A stretch of DNA of 64,000 nt from Octopus bimaculoides. Lineage: Eukaryota. Positions within the stretch are counted from its first letter, which is position 1; each line of letters begins with the position of its first letter. Shown piece by piece: positions 51,290 to 63,966 of this stretch. The notes under the pieces are model-generated. The model saw nothing but the letters and a program-made list of their open reading frames with translations. It ran no database searches and was not told the origin of the DNA. The stretch spans positions 113,643,302-113,707,301 of the forward strand of contig NC_068985.1 in NCBI RefSeq assembly GCF_001194135.2, written 5' to 3'. The position numbers were made by a program, and so were the translations under genes.

Positions 51290-51751
51290 CCATTTCCTCC
51301 ACTGCTGCCACACCCATCATCGTGATCCATTGCTGATAATGTTGTCACTGTTCATGCTATGCTGCCCCCAACACCAACACCAACATGTGAAACCACTTTG
51401 ATGCCATAAACCAAAACACTACTTTTCACTTCGACCAACACCCACACCAGCACCTACAACCAATAACATCCTCACCAACACCACCAAAGCCACCACTGTC
51501 AACCACCACCACCACCATTATCCACTACTATTACCAGTCGCCCACCATCATCACCACCACACCAACATCACCCACTTCTACCACCACAACTACAAGCATC
51601 ATTACCACTACCCCACATCACCAATACCACTTGTATCCACCCCCATCCACCCACAACTACCCCCCCCCCNNNNNNNNNNATCATTACCACTACCCCACAT
51701 CACCAATACCACTTGTATCCACCCCCATCCACCCACAACTACCCCCCCCCC
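51290..51751. repeat. Degenerate (ACC/CAC)n low-complexity tract
   Basis: Read directly. Confidence 0.9.
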
Positions 51752-52331
51752 TATAATCCATACCAGTGCAAGGGGGGCTTTAAAATATGAGATAATAGCA
51801 ATTCAAAGCCAGTTTCCATGTTTTGCATTGTTCTTTCTTGAAAAAAAAAATCTCCACACCAGTTCCCTAATTTCTGGAAAAATGGCATTTTAGGAGGAGA
51901 AAGAGGAGGAGACAAAGATTCCACCACGACCACACTCCCAACATTTCCCATTCCTCTGCTTACCTCTTCAATCATAGCTATACCACATTTCATTCCCTTT
52001 TGTTTTTATATCATTCTCTGCCCCTCCATCTTTGTGTCTCCTATTGTCCTTTCCACTCTCTCTCTCTTCGTTTGTATATTTTACTGTCTTCCATTTTATC
52101 TCAGTATTTCTCACTTTATCTTTATTATCTTTCTCCTGTCTTTCCCCCCAGTCATAAGTGACTATGTATCTCAGGGACTTGCTCCCTTCTCCTAGAAACC
52201 CCCAGTTATCGGACAATCCAATGATAACATGCCTTATTGCTCCATTCCATAAATCTGCATGGCCAACACTACAATATAATATGTATATGTTCATCTCTCT
52301 CTCTCTCTATATATATATATGCACATACACA

Positions 52332-52371
<40 letters not shown>

Positions 52372-53021
52372 NNNNNNNNNNNNNNNNNNNNNNNNNNNNN
52401 NNNNNNNNNNNNNNNNNNNNNNNNNNNNNNNNNNNNNNNNNNNNNNNNNNNNNNNNNNNNNNNNNNNNNNNNNNNNNNNNNNNNNNNNNNNNNNNNNNNN
52501 NNNNNNNNNNNNNNNNNNNNNNNNNNNNNNNNNNNNNNNNNNNNNNNNNNNNNNNNNNNNNNNNNNNNNNNNNNNNNNNNNNNNNNNNNNNNNNNNNNNN
52601 NNNNNNNNNNNNNNNNNNNNNNNNNNNNNNNNNNNNNNNNNNNNNNNNNNNNNNNNNNNNNNNNNNNNNNNNNNNNNNNNNNNNNNNNNNNNNNNNNNNN
52701 NNNNNNNNNNNNNNNNNNNNNNNNNNNNNNNNNNNNNNNNNNNNNNNNNNNNNNNNNNNNNNNNNNNNNNNNNNNNNNNNNNNNNNNNNNNNNNNNNNNN
52801 NNNNNNNNNNNNNNNNNNNNNNNNNNNNNNNNNNNNNNNNNNNNNNNNNNNNNNNNNNNNNNNNNNNNNNNNNNNNNNNNNNNNNNNNNNNNNNNNNNNN
52901 NNNNNNNNNNNNNNNNNNNNNNNNNNNNNNNNNNNNNNNNNNNNNNNNNNNNNNNNNNNNNNNNNNNNNNNNNNNNNNNNNNNNNNNNNNNNNNNNNNNN
53001 NNNNNNNNNNNNNNNNNNNNN

Positions 53022-53093
<72 letters not shown>

Positions 53094-53108
53094 TATATAT
53101 ATATATGC

Positions 53109-53143
<35 letters not shown>

Positions 53144-53283
53144 TATACATACACAGATGCACACACACATGGACTGTTGACATGAATGAATATATAACAT
53201 TAGAAAGGAAGAGGTAGAGGGTGTAGCAGCTAACACGACTTCATTCTCTATTTTCACTTGGAAAGGTCTTCCAAAACAACAGA

Positions 53284-53317
<34 letters not shown>

Positions 53318-54157
53318 TCTTCCTATTACAAACATACTTTACTCCACCCAAACATCCACTCACCCGCCTTAGCTAACTTGATTACTTTAGCCAGCACCCC
53401 AATCCACATTTTCCAACACACACACACATACAACATTATGCCTCCACTAAACCCCAAACCCCATGGGCACCACACCAGACCCCATCTACTTCCAGTCTAA
53501 TTCCCAAAATTCCAAGTAATCTCTCTTGTAGCTTAGCTTGTCTCCCCCCTTTTCTTATCCTTCCACATAACATGAAAGCATAACTCATACATACACATGG
53601 ATAAACACACACATGGACAAACACACATTTGCATGGACTACACACATATGCATTGACAAGCACACACATGCATGTATATAACACATACATACACGCAGGG
53701 ACGCATACAAAGTTTGACACACATACACACATAGGAACACAGCTGCATGGACACAGTCCCCTCTTCTGTTTCTATCAAGCACCCTGCTAACTACTACCAT
53801 ACCCTGCCACATTCACACCCATTGTGCCCCATCTGGAAGTGTATTGGTGAAACGCAAGGCCCTGAATTCTTCAAATCTATTTCAAATTCCAAAATGCCAG
53901 GTACTTATAATTTCATCCTCTACGCCACACAACACCTGCTCCCATTTGTCATATTTGTCTTTTGTTTCCTTCAGTTTTGAGTAAAAGGGGTGGTGGTGAG
54001 GACTGGAGAGGAGTTTGATAAAGGGATGGTGGAGTAGGAATAGTATGGGGTGGGTGGGGATGGAATGGTGCAGGAACGAGGGGAAAGTAGTAGAATTTCC
54101 ATTTTTTTAAATTTAGATTTTCAATATATTGCCCTTTCTCTATGTCTTCTGTGTGTA

Positions 54158-54209
<52 letters not shown>

Positions 54210-54272
54210 TACATACATGTATACACACACATACATATATGCATGCATATATACATACATATAGTGTGTGTG

Positions 54273-54314
<42 letters not shown>

Positions 54315-54407
54315 NNNNNNNNNNNNNNNNNNNNNNNNNNNNNNNNNNNNNNNNNNNNNNNNNNNNNNNNNNNNNNNNNNNNNNNNNNNNNNNNNCTTCT
54401 GTGTGTA

Positions 54408-54497
<90 letters not shown>

Positions 54498-55820
54498 TTG
54501 GAAGAAGGAAATAGAAATAATTGGAAAAGAAAACATAATAGAAAATCATGAAAGCATTTTTTTTTTTTAAATATGTAAAAATATGAAGTCAGAAAGGAAT
54601 GTTTAAAAAAATGAGTAAAAAAAAAATGAGCATGAAAAATAAAAAAGAAAAATTGAAAATGAAAAAAATAATATCAAAAAATGCATGATATGAAGGAGGA
54701 GGCAAAAATAGGAATGAATTGAATGAGTGTAATGATGATGAATGAAGGACAGATGTAACAACCAGCAAAGATGTCAACTTTGTTTGCATGTCATTGAAGG
54801 TGGGAATTTCTATATCATACCGAATTTTGCCTAATGTTTAGTAGTTATGAGTTCATTGGGTATGTAGATGTGCGTTGTTTGGGTGCATATATATGCATTC
54901 ATGTGTGTGTGTGTGTGTTTATGAATGGAAATGATATCCATGTGATAGGCTTGAAAATTGATGAGGGCTTCCACAACATGAAACTAACGGTAGCCTTAAT
55001 CCACAAATAAAGATCCTTTATCCACTAATCCAGTGTTGTGTACTCATTCTAATTGTTGTGTGTATGTGGGAGTGAAGGTGTGTGACCTAGTGGTTAAACT
55101 AGTACGTCCTTTTGTTGTTTACACCACCTGTCCTCGTCTGTTGTTTTTTTTTCGTAAATTCTCTCATATATATATATATGTGTATTTCTTCTATCTTAAT
55201 GAATAAAAATTCTTCTGATAGAATAAATGGGTTAATAGAAACCAATATAGCAAAGAACACAAAATAACTGCGGTTTAGTTCCTGTTTTTAAGGCAGGAAC
55301 TCCTTGAAATTTTGGGTATTTCCCTGATGAGAAGGTTATAATTTTAATATCAAAGATCCCTATGGATCACACAGGTTGTAATCCTTTGAAACATATGTAG
55401 GAATAAAGTATGCAATTATAACATGCGNNNNNNNNNNNNNNNNNNNNNNNNNNNNNNNNNNNNNNNNNNNNNNNNNNNNNNNNNNNNNNNNNNNNNNNNN
55501 NNNNNNNNNNNNNNNNNNNNNNNNNNNNNNNNNNNNNNNNNNNTATATATCATCATCATCATCATCGTTTAACGTCCGCTTTCCATGCTAGCATGGGTTG
55601 GACGATTTGACTGAGGACTGGTGAAACCGGATGGCAACACCAGGCTCCAGTCTGATTTGGCAGAGTTTCTACAGCTGGATGCCCTTCCTAACGCCAACCA
55701 CTCAGAGAGTGTAGTGGGTGCTTTTACGTGTCACCCGCATGAAGATATATATATATATTATTGATTGATGTTTTCTGTAATAAAAATATGTGGCTAAAAG
55801 TGTATAAAAGTTGAACTTAC

Positions 55821-55979
55821 AATGACTTCGGGATAATCGCTATCTGTCATGGCTTCTGGCTGAACTTTGGGTGGCTGGCAAGTCAGTTGCGATGAAGCTA
55901 TAGAGGTCACATTGCAGCGGCCCATACCTATGCGGACACTGACATGTGCCTCATCTACTGCTTTGTTAAGGTTCTGTCC
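55821..55979 (-). CDS. PlexA: Plexin-A-like exon, last IPT: GQNLNKAVDEAHVSVRIGMGRCNVTSIASSQLTCQPPKVQPEAMTDSDYPEVI
   Basis: ctttccag acceptor, GTAAGT donor; 159 nt = 53 codons; GxNL...VxIG...CxV....L.C.PP motif. Confidence 0.93.
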
Positions 55980-56962
55980 CTGGAAAGATAAAACACAGCA
56001 TATATATATATATGTATATATCAATGTTTAATTATCACTGAATAACAACATTTTAATTTTTCTTTTTGTCTTTGGTCAGAAAGTTTTATTTCCTACTTGC
56101 TTCTATCTAGAAATCAAAGGAAATGACTACTATCCCCCTTCAAACTTTGTTTCTGACCTGGAGCTCAATGTTTTTGAAACTGACCTACTTTCCGTTACAT
56201 TTCAGACAGATTCAGCAACTTGGTGCTGAAGCAGAAATATTGTCATAGCAAGCATTCTGCTCAATACCACAGATTTACTAGTCAGTTGCTTGACTGTAGC
56301 CACTTGAGCATGTTACTAGTGGCTGGCAATATGTACATCTCTGATCATGAGCAGGAGTACTGGGGGAGCATCATAGCCATGTGTTGAGAGGGATTCTTAG
56401 AGGTGTGAATAAATATCATAACAGCAAAGTTTGAAGGAAATATTAGCCATTTTCCATACTTTCTAGGGCTAAGTAAACAGAAAATAACAGTTGCTACCCA
56501 AGAACAAAAATCGTGTTACATAGTGTTATTCAATATTGATTGATTGATTAGTTATTAATAAATCAAATGTTTAGTCATCTTTCACATCTAGACATTAATA
56601 TTTTACAAATGATCTCGTTCACTAGTTTAAAAATTTTTTTTTTAATTGGTTATGAGTTCAAAGCTGCTGTAGGTAAATTCTACCCCCAGTTCTGTCAGCT
56701 GTCAGCTTTAGGTACCAGATGATTAGTGAGCTAAAACAGTTCTCACTAAACTCATTGTATACAGGCTTCAACCACCAGCCAAAAGGGCTTCTGAACATAC
56801 ATATGTGTGTATGTATATATATAGATNNNNNNNNNNNNNNNNNNNNNNNNNNNNNNNNNNNNNNNNNNNNNNNNNNNNNNNNNNNNNNNNNNNNNNNNNN
56901 NNNNNNNNNNNNNNNNNNNNNNNNNTATGTATGTATGTATGTATGTATACGCATACATACAT

Positions 56963-57462
56963 GATGGGCATCTTTCAGTTACCATCTACCAAATTTTCTC
57001 ACAAGGCTTTGGTTGGCCCAGGATTATAGTAGAAGACACTTGCCAAATGTGCCACATAATGAGATTGAATCCAAGACCATATGGTTCAGGACCACTTAAC
57101 CACACACAGAAACACGCGCGCGCGCACACACACGCAGATATGTACATATGATGGGTTTCTTTCAGTTTTCATTTACCAAACTGACTTACAAGGCTCTGGT
57201 CGGTCCAGGGTTATAATAGAAGACACTCGCCCAAGGTGCCACACAGTGGAACTAAACACAAAACCATATGGTTAGGAAGCAAACTTTTTAACCAGACATG
57301 TATACATACACACACAATGGGCTTCTTTCAGTTTTCATCTACCAAATCCACTGACAAGGCTTTGGTTAGCCTGAAGCTATAATAGAAGACACTTGCCCAA
57401 AGTGCAATGCAGAGGGCCAGAACCAAAGACCATATGGTTGGGAAGCAAGCTTCTTAACCACA
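56963..57462 (-). mobile_element. Three tandem head-only SINE family C copies
   Basis: Copies about 56963-57105, 57150-57295, 57317-57462, each ending in a short CA/TA microsatellite. Confidence 0.82.
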
Positions 57463-57534
57463 AATCACAAAGCCACATATATGAATGAATGAGAGAGAGA
57501 GAGAGAAACGAGAAGAGAGAAAAAAGAAACTTAC

Positions 57535-57780
57535 ATTGATAGTGAGGTACTCATTGGTGTAGAGATGAGATTTCACTTTCTCAGTGAACTTTGAGAAGAC
57601 AGGGTTATCCTGTACTTCAACAGTGCCAAGATAATCTGTTAGGTTCAGTAGGTTGGTAACATTGTCCATGTGGAAACCATAGGAGAATCTTTGTGGAAGA
57701 TCAATGTTACCACTGGTGACTGGTTCCGTGATATTTGGGAAGTAACAAATCAAATGGGAATCTCTCATCTGACTGCAATC
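57535..57780 (-). CDS. PlexA: Plexin-A-like exon, IPT: DCSQMRDSHLICYFPNITEP...YGFHMDNV...DNPVFSKFTEKVKSHLYTNEYLTIN
   Basis: ctcacag acceptor, GTAAGT donor; 246 nt = 82 codons; lies within ORF 57454..57840. Confidence 0.93.
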
Positions 57781-58136
57781 CTGTGAGGGTGAAGAACAAC
57801 AAATAGAAAACTTTAACCCTTTAACATTTATACTGGCCATATCTGGCTCAAATTACACAGGAAATGTGTCAAGGCCAACAGGGAGCGGTGCTGCTTCCTA
57901 GGGCTAAATGGCAGTAGTATTATTCCCTTCATGAAACTGTCACATTAAGTTGACAGCATATAACTACTTTATATATATATATATAAATCATTGTTTAATG
58001 TCTGCCTTCCATGCTGGCATGGGTTGGACGGTTTGGCAGAAGCTGGCCAGGCAGGAGCCTGCACCAGACTTCTGTGTCTGATTTGGCAGAGATTTTATGG
58101 CTGGATGCCCTTCCTAACACCAACAACCCAGCAGAA

Positions 58137-58222
<86 letters not shown>

Positions 58223-58560
58223 TGCATGCATATATGTGTACACATATGCATATTTGTTCATTTCTTTATCTTCATCTTGCCATACTAGCATGGATTAGAT
58301 GAATACATCATCATGGCATTGTTTTACAACTAAGTGCCTTTCTGGCTACTAATCCTTATCTGTTTTTCAAGTAAGGGATCTCTCATTCCACATGTCTTTG
58401 ATTATGCAAGGCCAGATGATTATCTGTTTACAAAAGTAATGACAACAACATCACCATTTGAAACTTAGTTTTGAACAAGCACAAATGTGAACATATATAT
58501 CACCGATGGTGGTACAACAAAAGGAATGGAAAAGAAATTCATGAAACGATATCTACTTAC

Positions 58561-58654
58561 CCCTCGGTATTCTTTATTGTGAACCCAAACAATCATTTGT
58601 GGCTGTTGAATGATGCTGAAGTTTTGTCCATACACATTCATAGGTATACCACCA
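58561..58654 (-). CDS. PlexA: Plexin-A-like exon, IPT: (G)GGIPMNVYGQNFSIIQQPQMIVWVHNKEYRG
   Basis: Polypyrimidine tract + catag acceptor, GTAAGT donor; 94 nt; GG-x-x-x-x-x-G-x-N-F-x-x-I-Q-x-P plexin IPT motif; found by manual translation. Confidence 0.92.
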
Positions 58655-60421
58655 CTATGAGAAAGAGAGAAAGAATTAGAGTTAGAGGGCAGAAAAAATA
58701 GTGGAATTGGTGGTCACAGGAATGCGCTTAACCCTTTTGAGACCAACACAAACTTTGTATTTAAAAGTGACCTAAATTAAAATCTATCAAAATTTCATGT
58801 TAATTTGTCCCAAATACCAGAATGGCAAAGTTTGTTATTTGCAATAGAAGTGGGTTTATTTTGAAATAGCATTTTCTATATCTTACTTAATATGGATATG
58901 CAGTAGAAGAATTGGCTTCCTACAGTATATCAACATCAAAGAAGAAATACAGACAGTTATTTTGAAATAATATACTTCTATTGCTGATAATGAATTTTTA
59001 CCAAGCCTGCCAGTTATTTGCAACATCAGTGATTTGTTAATCACACTTTTTCTATATCAGAAGAGGATAAATTTGTCTAAGAAATTTCTCAAAGAAGCAG
59101 AAAGCTTGATTCAGCAATTCTACTGCTGCAACTGGATGCACCTACTACTGACACACGACTGTGCTTTATAGCAATGTTCTGGCTTTCTATAGTATATCAT
59201 GTTAAGTAAGATATACAGAATTCCATAATGACAAAGTTATTTTATAAAATTTGTGATTATTTTCATAATTAATTATAATAATAGCAGTGTATTTCAATAG
59301 AAATATGGTAGCAAAGAAGTTAATATTAATTCTTATACAATAAAACTGTTAAGAAGCTGGTAGTTGGCTGTAATACTTTTAATGCAATACTTAGTGTGCT
59401 GTGATGGAAAAGAGGTTTAAAGTCACTGTTGATCATAGATGAAATAGTTATTAGTTTTAAACCTTTTGGTATCAATCTACCTGTGAATACCCTGGTTCTC
59501 TGATACAAACTTGTTTTGAAGTGATCTAAAAACCTTTCATTGAAATTTCTTGTTATTTACATTCAAAACATCATCTTAATAAAGATACGATTATTTTACT
59601 AAATTCTTCATTATTTAAAAAATTGATTGAAATAACAGCAATGTATTTCAGCAGAAGTATGATAACGAAAGGGTTAAACAAACAGATATAAATGCAGATC
59701 AACAAACATACATAGCCAACAAAACATACATATATATAGACACACATTCATATATTACTAAAAAACCATACAAACACACAAGCATACATGTTAACATACT
59801 TACACAGAGACATAGATAAATCCGTACATATTTATGTATGTCCACACGCATGTGTACATTCAAACATATATTGCCAACATAAATACATATATGCCAGCAA
59901 ACGCATACACATATATATTTACGTATGTCTGCATGCATGTATACATATATGCATACAAATATTCAAGATCAATACATGCACAAAAATCAATACATTCAAA
60001 CATGAAAGAACTAAAATCACACTTCTAAAAGCATTCTCACATAAACCTTCAAAGACACGCTAAACGCAGTCACACCTAAAACCTTTCTCTCTTATTCATA
60101 CACACATTAACATACGGACACAAATACTAAACCCACATGCTTAGGCACACATATCACCCCGTCACCACACGCACTCATAATCCATATAATAAAGCAAATA
60201 TTATAATTCAGTGTATACACTCATGAATATACACACACCACCAAATACCAAATTAAACATAAAAGCAAACATATATACACCAACAAGAAATGCAAACTCA
60301 GGCACACAAACATATACTTGCACTTTTCGAGCATTGGGCCTCACGGAGACAAAGTGGCTGATGCCAGTGGCACATGAAAAGCTCCTTTCGAGTGTTGGGC
60401 CTCACAGAGGCAATGACAGGA

Positions 60422-60663
60422 AAATATCAGAATTTATGGGACTCTTTAGAAAAGCTCCAGCTTTGCGAAGGGTGGGTTTTACAACAGGATAACGACCCTA
60501 AGCACACGGTGAAGTCTACCAGATTTGCATTCCAGATTTGAAGAAAATTTGTCAAGAAGAATGGGAAAAAATTCCTAAAGAAACATGTGAGTCATTGATT
60601 AAGAACTACAAGAAGAGATTGGTTGAAGTGGAACTGAATTATGGTTATGCTACGAAGTGTTAA
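60422..60663 (+). pseudogene. Tc1-family transposase relic with internal deletion
   Basis: KYQNLWDSLEKLQLCEGWVLQQDNDPKHTVKST, then after a frameshift DLKKICQEEWEKIPKETCESLIKNYKKRLVEVELNYGYATKC*; QQDNDPKH is the Tc1 catalytic-Asp motif. Confidence 0.85.
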
Positions 60664-61358
60664 ATCAGAATTATCAGTTATCAAGCCAAGTAAAATCACA
60701 GCTTTGGAAGATACTGGTGTTGCGCAAATAACACTTGTGCCAGTGGCACATAAAAGCACCCATTACACTCTCAGAGTGATTGGCATCAGGAAGGGCATCC
60801 AGCCATAGAGACCATTCCAAATCAGACTAGAGTCTGGTGCAGCCTTCCAGCATGCCAGCCCTGGTCAAACAGCTCAACCCATGCCAGCTTGGACAACAGA
60901 CGTTAAATGATGATGATAATGATGATATACACCCAAGCATAAACATATACTAATAGAATATACCTGTCATAGATACACATACAGAAATAAACAAACATCA
61001 ACAAAAAATGAATACTTAAACGCATACTAAAACACACGCAGATACACATACATAGATAGATACATACATACATACACACAAATAATATACACTTGGACAC
61101 ATACAGCGACACAAACATATTGCCAACACACATACACAGATTTATAAGCATACATGGGCACAAATATATACTACCACTAGTTAATACATATACATAGAGG
61201 TAGAAACATACCAGATACATATATATGCACAGACCACACACATGCATGCACACTATTAGAAACTTAATTAAAAAATGCAAACATACATACATAGTATTAG
61301 ACACTTAATCCAAAAAATAAAGACAGATTAGAGAATATATCAATGGATCAGTCCTTAC

Positions 61359-61526
61359 CCGCAAACACTTTTCTTTGGTACGATATCCGAGACTTTTGGA
61401 TTACCCACATAAGAGTAATCAACATTGTTGGAGTTGATGACAGTCTGGTCTATGGTCATGTTTACCATACCTCGCATCAACCTGTCTGCATACTGTGTGA
61501 TGCAAACTAGTTCACGGCGTTCAACG
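61359..61526 (-). CDS. PlexA: Plexin-A-like exon, IPT: (R)VERRELVCITQYADRLMRGMVNMTIDQTVINSNNVDYSYVGNPKVSDIVPKKSVC(G)
   Basis: catttcag acceptor, GTAAGG donor; 168 nt; phases 2/2 match both neighbours. Confidence 0.92.
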
Positions 61527-61609
61527 CTGAAATGCAAGCAAAGGGAATGATTTTCAGAGATGAAAATAATAACATTAACTGTAATAATAATAATAATGAT
61601 AATAATAAT

Positions 61610-62337
61610 CATTGCTACTATAGGCACAAGGCCTGAAATTTTGGGGAAGGTGGGGATAGTCGATTACATTGGCCCCAGTACTCTCACAAGAGAGGGATAG
61701 TTGATTACATCGATCTACCCTCCTCCCTGCTGAAAGGATGAAAGGCAAAGTTGACCTCAGTGGAATTTGAACTCACAACGTAAGGATGGATGAAATACCA
61801 CTAGGCATTACACCCAGTGTGCTAACAATTCTGCCAGCTTGCTTTTTTAAAAAAATAAAAAAATAATAATGACAATAATAATGCTTTTTACTGTAGGCGA
61901 CCTGAAATTTGGTGGGGAGGGGCTAAGTCGATCACAGCAACCCCAGTACTTGATTGATAATTAATTTATCAATCCCGAAAGGATGAAAGGCAAATTCAGC
62001 TTTGGTGGAATTTGATCTCAGAATGTAACAACAGGCAAAATACTGCTTAGCATTTTATCCAGCATGCTAAGGATTCTACCAGCTTACCACCTTAAAAATA
62101 ATAATAATAATAATAATAATAATCTTTTCTACTAAAGGCACAAGGCCTGAAATTTGGGGGTAGGGGACTTGTCAATTACTTTGACCCCAGTGCTCAACTA
62201 GTACTTGTTTTATCAACCCCTGAATGAGTTGAAAGGCAAAAATTGACCCTGGTAGAATTTGAACCCTGAATGTAAAGACAGATAAGACAATGCTAAGCAT
62301 TTTACCCAGCATGCTAATGATTGTCAGCTCACCACAA

Positions 62338-62374
<37 letters not shown>

Positions 62375-63095
62375 GATAATAATGATAATGCTAACAAATT
62401 TTGGCATAAGGTCAACAAGATTGAGAGAGGTGTAAGTTGACTGCATTGACCACAATGCTCAGCTGGTACTTATTTTATCGACCCCAAAAGGATGGAAGGC
62501 AAAGTTGGCTTTGGTAGAACTTGAACTTGGAATGTAAAGTTGGATGAAATGCCATTAAGCATTTTACCAGGAGTGCTGACGATTCTGCTGGCTCACCACC
62601 ATAATAAAATAATGATGATAATAATAATAATAATAATAATTGTTTCAAGTTTTGCCACAGGGGCAGCTGTTTTGGGGGAGAGGGTAAGTTGATTACATTG
62701 ACCCTAGTGTTTCACTGGTGCTTGATTTATTGACCCCGAAAGGATAAAAGATGAAGTCAACTTCGGTGGAATTTGAACTCAGAATGTAGCAACAAATGAA
62801 ATACTGCTAAGCATTTTGTCCAGTGTGCTATGATTCTGCCAGCTCGCTGCCTTAACAACAACAACAACAACAACAACAACAATCCTTTCTACTAAAGGCA
62901 CAAGGCCTGAAATTTTAAGGGAGGGGCAAGTCGATTATATCAACCCTAGTATGTCACTGGTACTTATTCATCGACCCTGAAAGGATGAAGGGCAAAGTTG
63001 ATCTTGGTGGAATTTGAACTCAAAACATAGAGATGGATGAAATGCTGCTAAGCATTTTGCTTGGTGTGCTAATGATTCTGCCAGCTTCCTGCCTC
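61610..63095 (-). mobile_element. Array of six head-to-tail SINE family M copies
   Basis: Copies about 61610-61842, 61882-62093, 62122-62333, 62396-62600, 62641-62853, 62882-63095; spacers (AAT)n or (AAC)n. Confidence 0.88.
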
Positions 63096-63277
63096 AATAA
63101 CAACAAATTTATAACAAATCTATGTGCTAAGCTTTGATTGTTGCAGGGATATAGTTAAAGACACTTGTACAAGGTACCCTGCAAAGGATGCCCCCCCCCA
63201 CACACTCACATGCTCAAAAACCCCCAAAGCTAATAGCCACTAAGATTGAATCTTTAGATTTTCTTAGAAATTCTTAC

Positions 63278-63414
63278 CGTTCAATCCTGCATGGCAAACC
63301 TGCGATCGTGATAGACTTTTCGTATCCAGCATCAAGATGATCACCTTTGACAGTGACTCTCGTGCCACCATCTTTGGGTCCCATTGTTGGCTCCAGTCCA
63401 TTAATTTCTGGTAC
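63278..63414 (-). CDS. PlexA: Plexin-A-like exon (first in window), IPT/TIG domain: VPEINGLEPTMGPKDGGTRVTVKGDHLDAGYEKSITIAGLPCRIE(R)
   Basis: tttttttag acceptor and GTAAG donor; 137 nt; GPxxGGTxVTxxGxxL IPT motif in a frame the ORF track missed; phase 2 end joins the next exon. Confidence 0.93.
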
Positions 63415-63772
63415 CTAAAAAAGGAAAATGAACAGAAAAAAATATTAATAATATGCAAAAAAAAAACTATGAGTAGAAACAGATGTAATCAGCAAAACCT
63501 CCATAAACTGGAGAGCTCTTTCAAAATAAAACTATTTTCACTTTTATAATTTTTTTATTTTCAGAAATTAATAGGAAAAAAATGGACCAACTTCAGTTAA
63601 TCTATTTGATTCAGTGACAATATTCAACACTTTCGCATTCAAACTGGCCATACCCAGCCCAAATATTCGACTCGTTTTATGTTCAATCTGGTCAGATCCA
63701 GCCTCTCACAGTTACCAGATAGTGTCGTTCTAAAAAACAGTCATGTCATCAAAATCTCAAAGCTGTGAGATA

Positions 63773-63966
63773 CACTTTTACTCGTTTCAGTCATTTGACT
63801 GTGGCCATACTGGAGCACTGCTTTTTAGTCGAACAAATCGATTCCAGGACTTATTCTTTGCATGCCTAGTACTTATTCTATCGGTCTTTTTTGTCAAACC
63901 ATTAAGTTACAAGGGCATAAAACACCAACATCGGTTGTCAAGCGATGGGGGGGGGGACAAACACAG

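Noticed and set aside
51598-51751. Identical 72-bp direct repeat
   Set aside because: The copies flank a 10-N gap and end in poly-C: typical unmerged contig overlap, probably an assembly artefact.
54146-54497. Repeated CTTCTGTGTGTATGTGTGTGTGTG(TA)n blocks
   Set aside because: They straddle gap 54315-54395; cannot be distinguished from mis-assembly.
61610-63095. Regular repeat-spacer periodicity suggestive of CRISPR (also 396-515, 7967-8056, 27500-27790)
   Set aside because: Units are ~210-nt diverged SINEs or minisatellites with simple-repeat spacers, inside a spliceosomal intron; no cas genes.
1073-63095. Apparent sense-strand bias of SINE family M (about 20 minus vs 4 plus copies)
   Set aside because: Copies are clustered; by independent locus it is about 7 vs 4, too few to claim bias.
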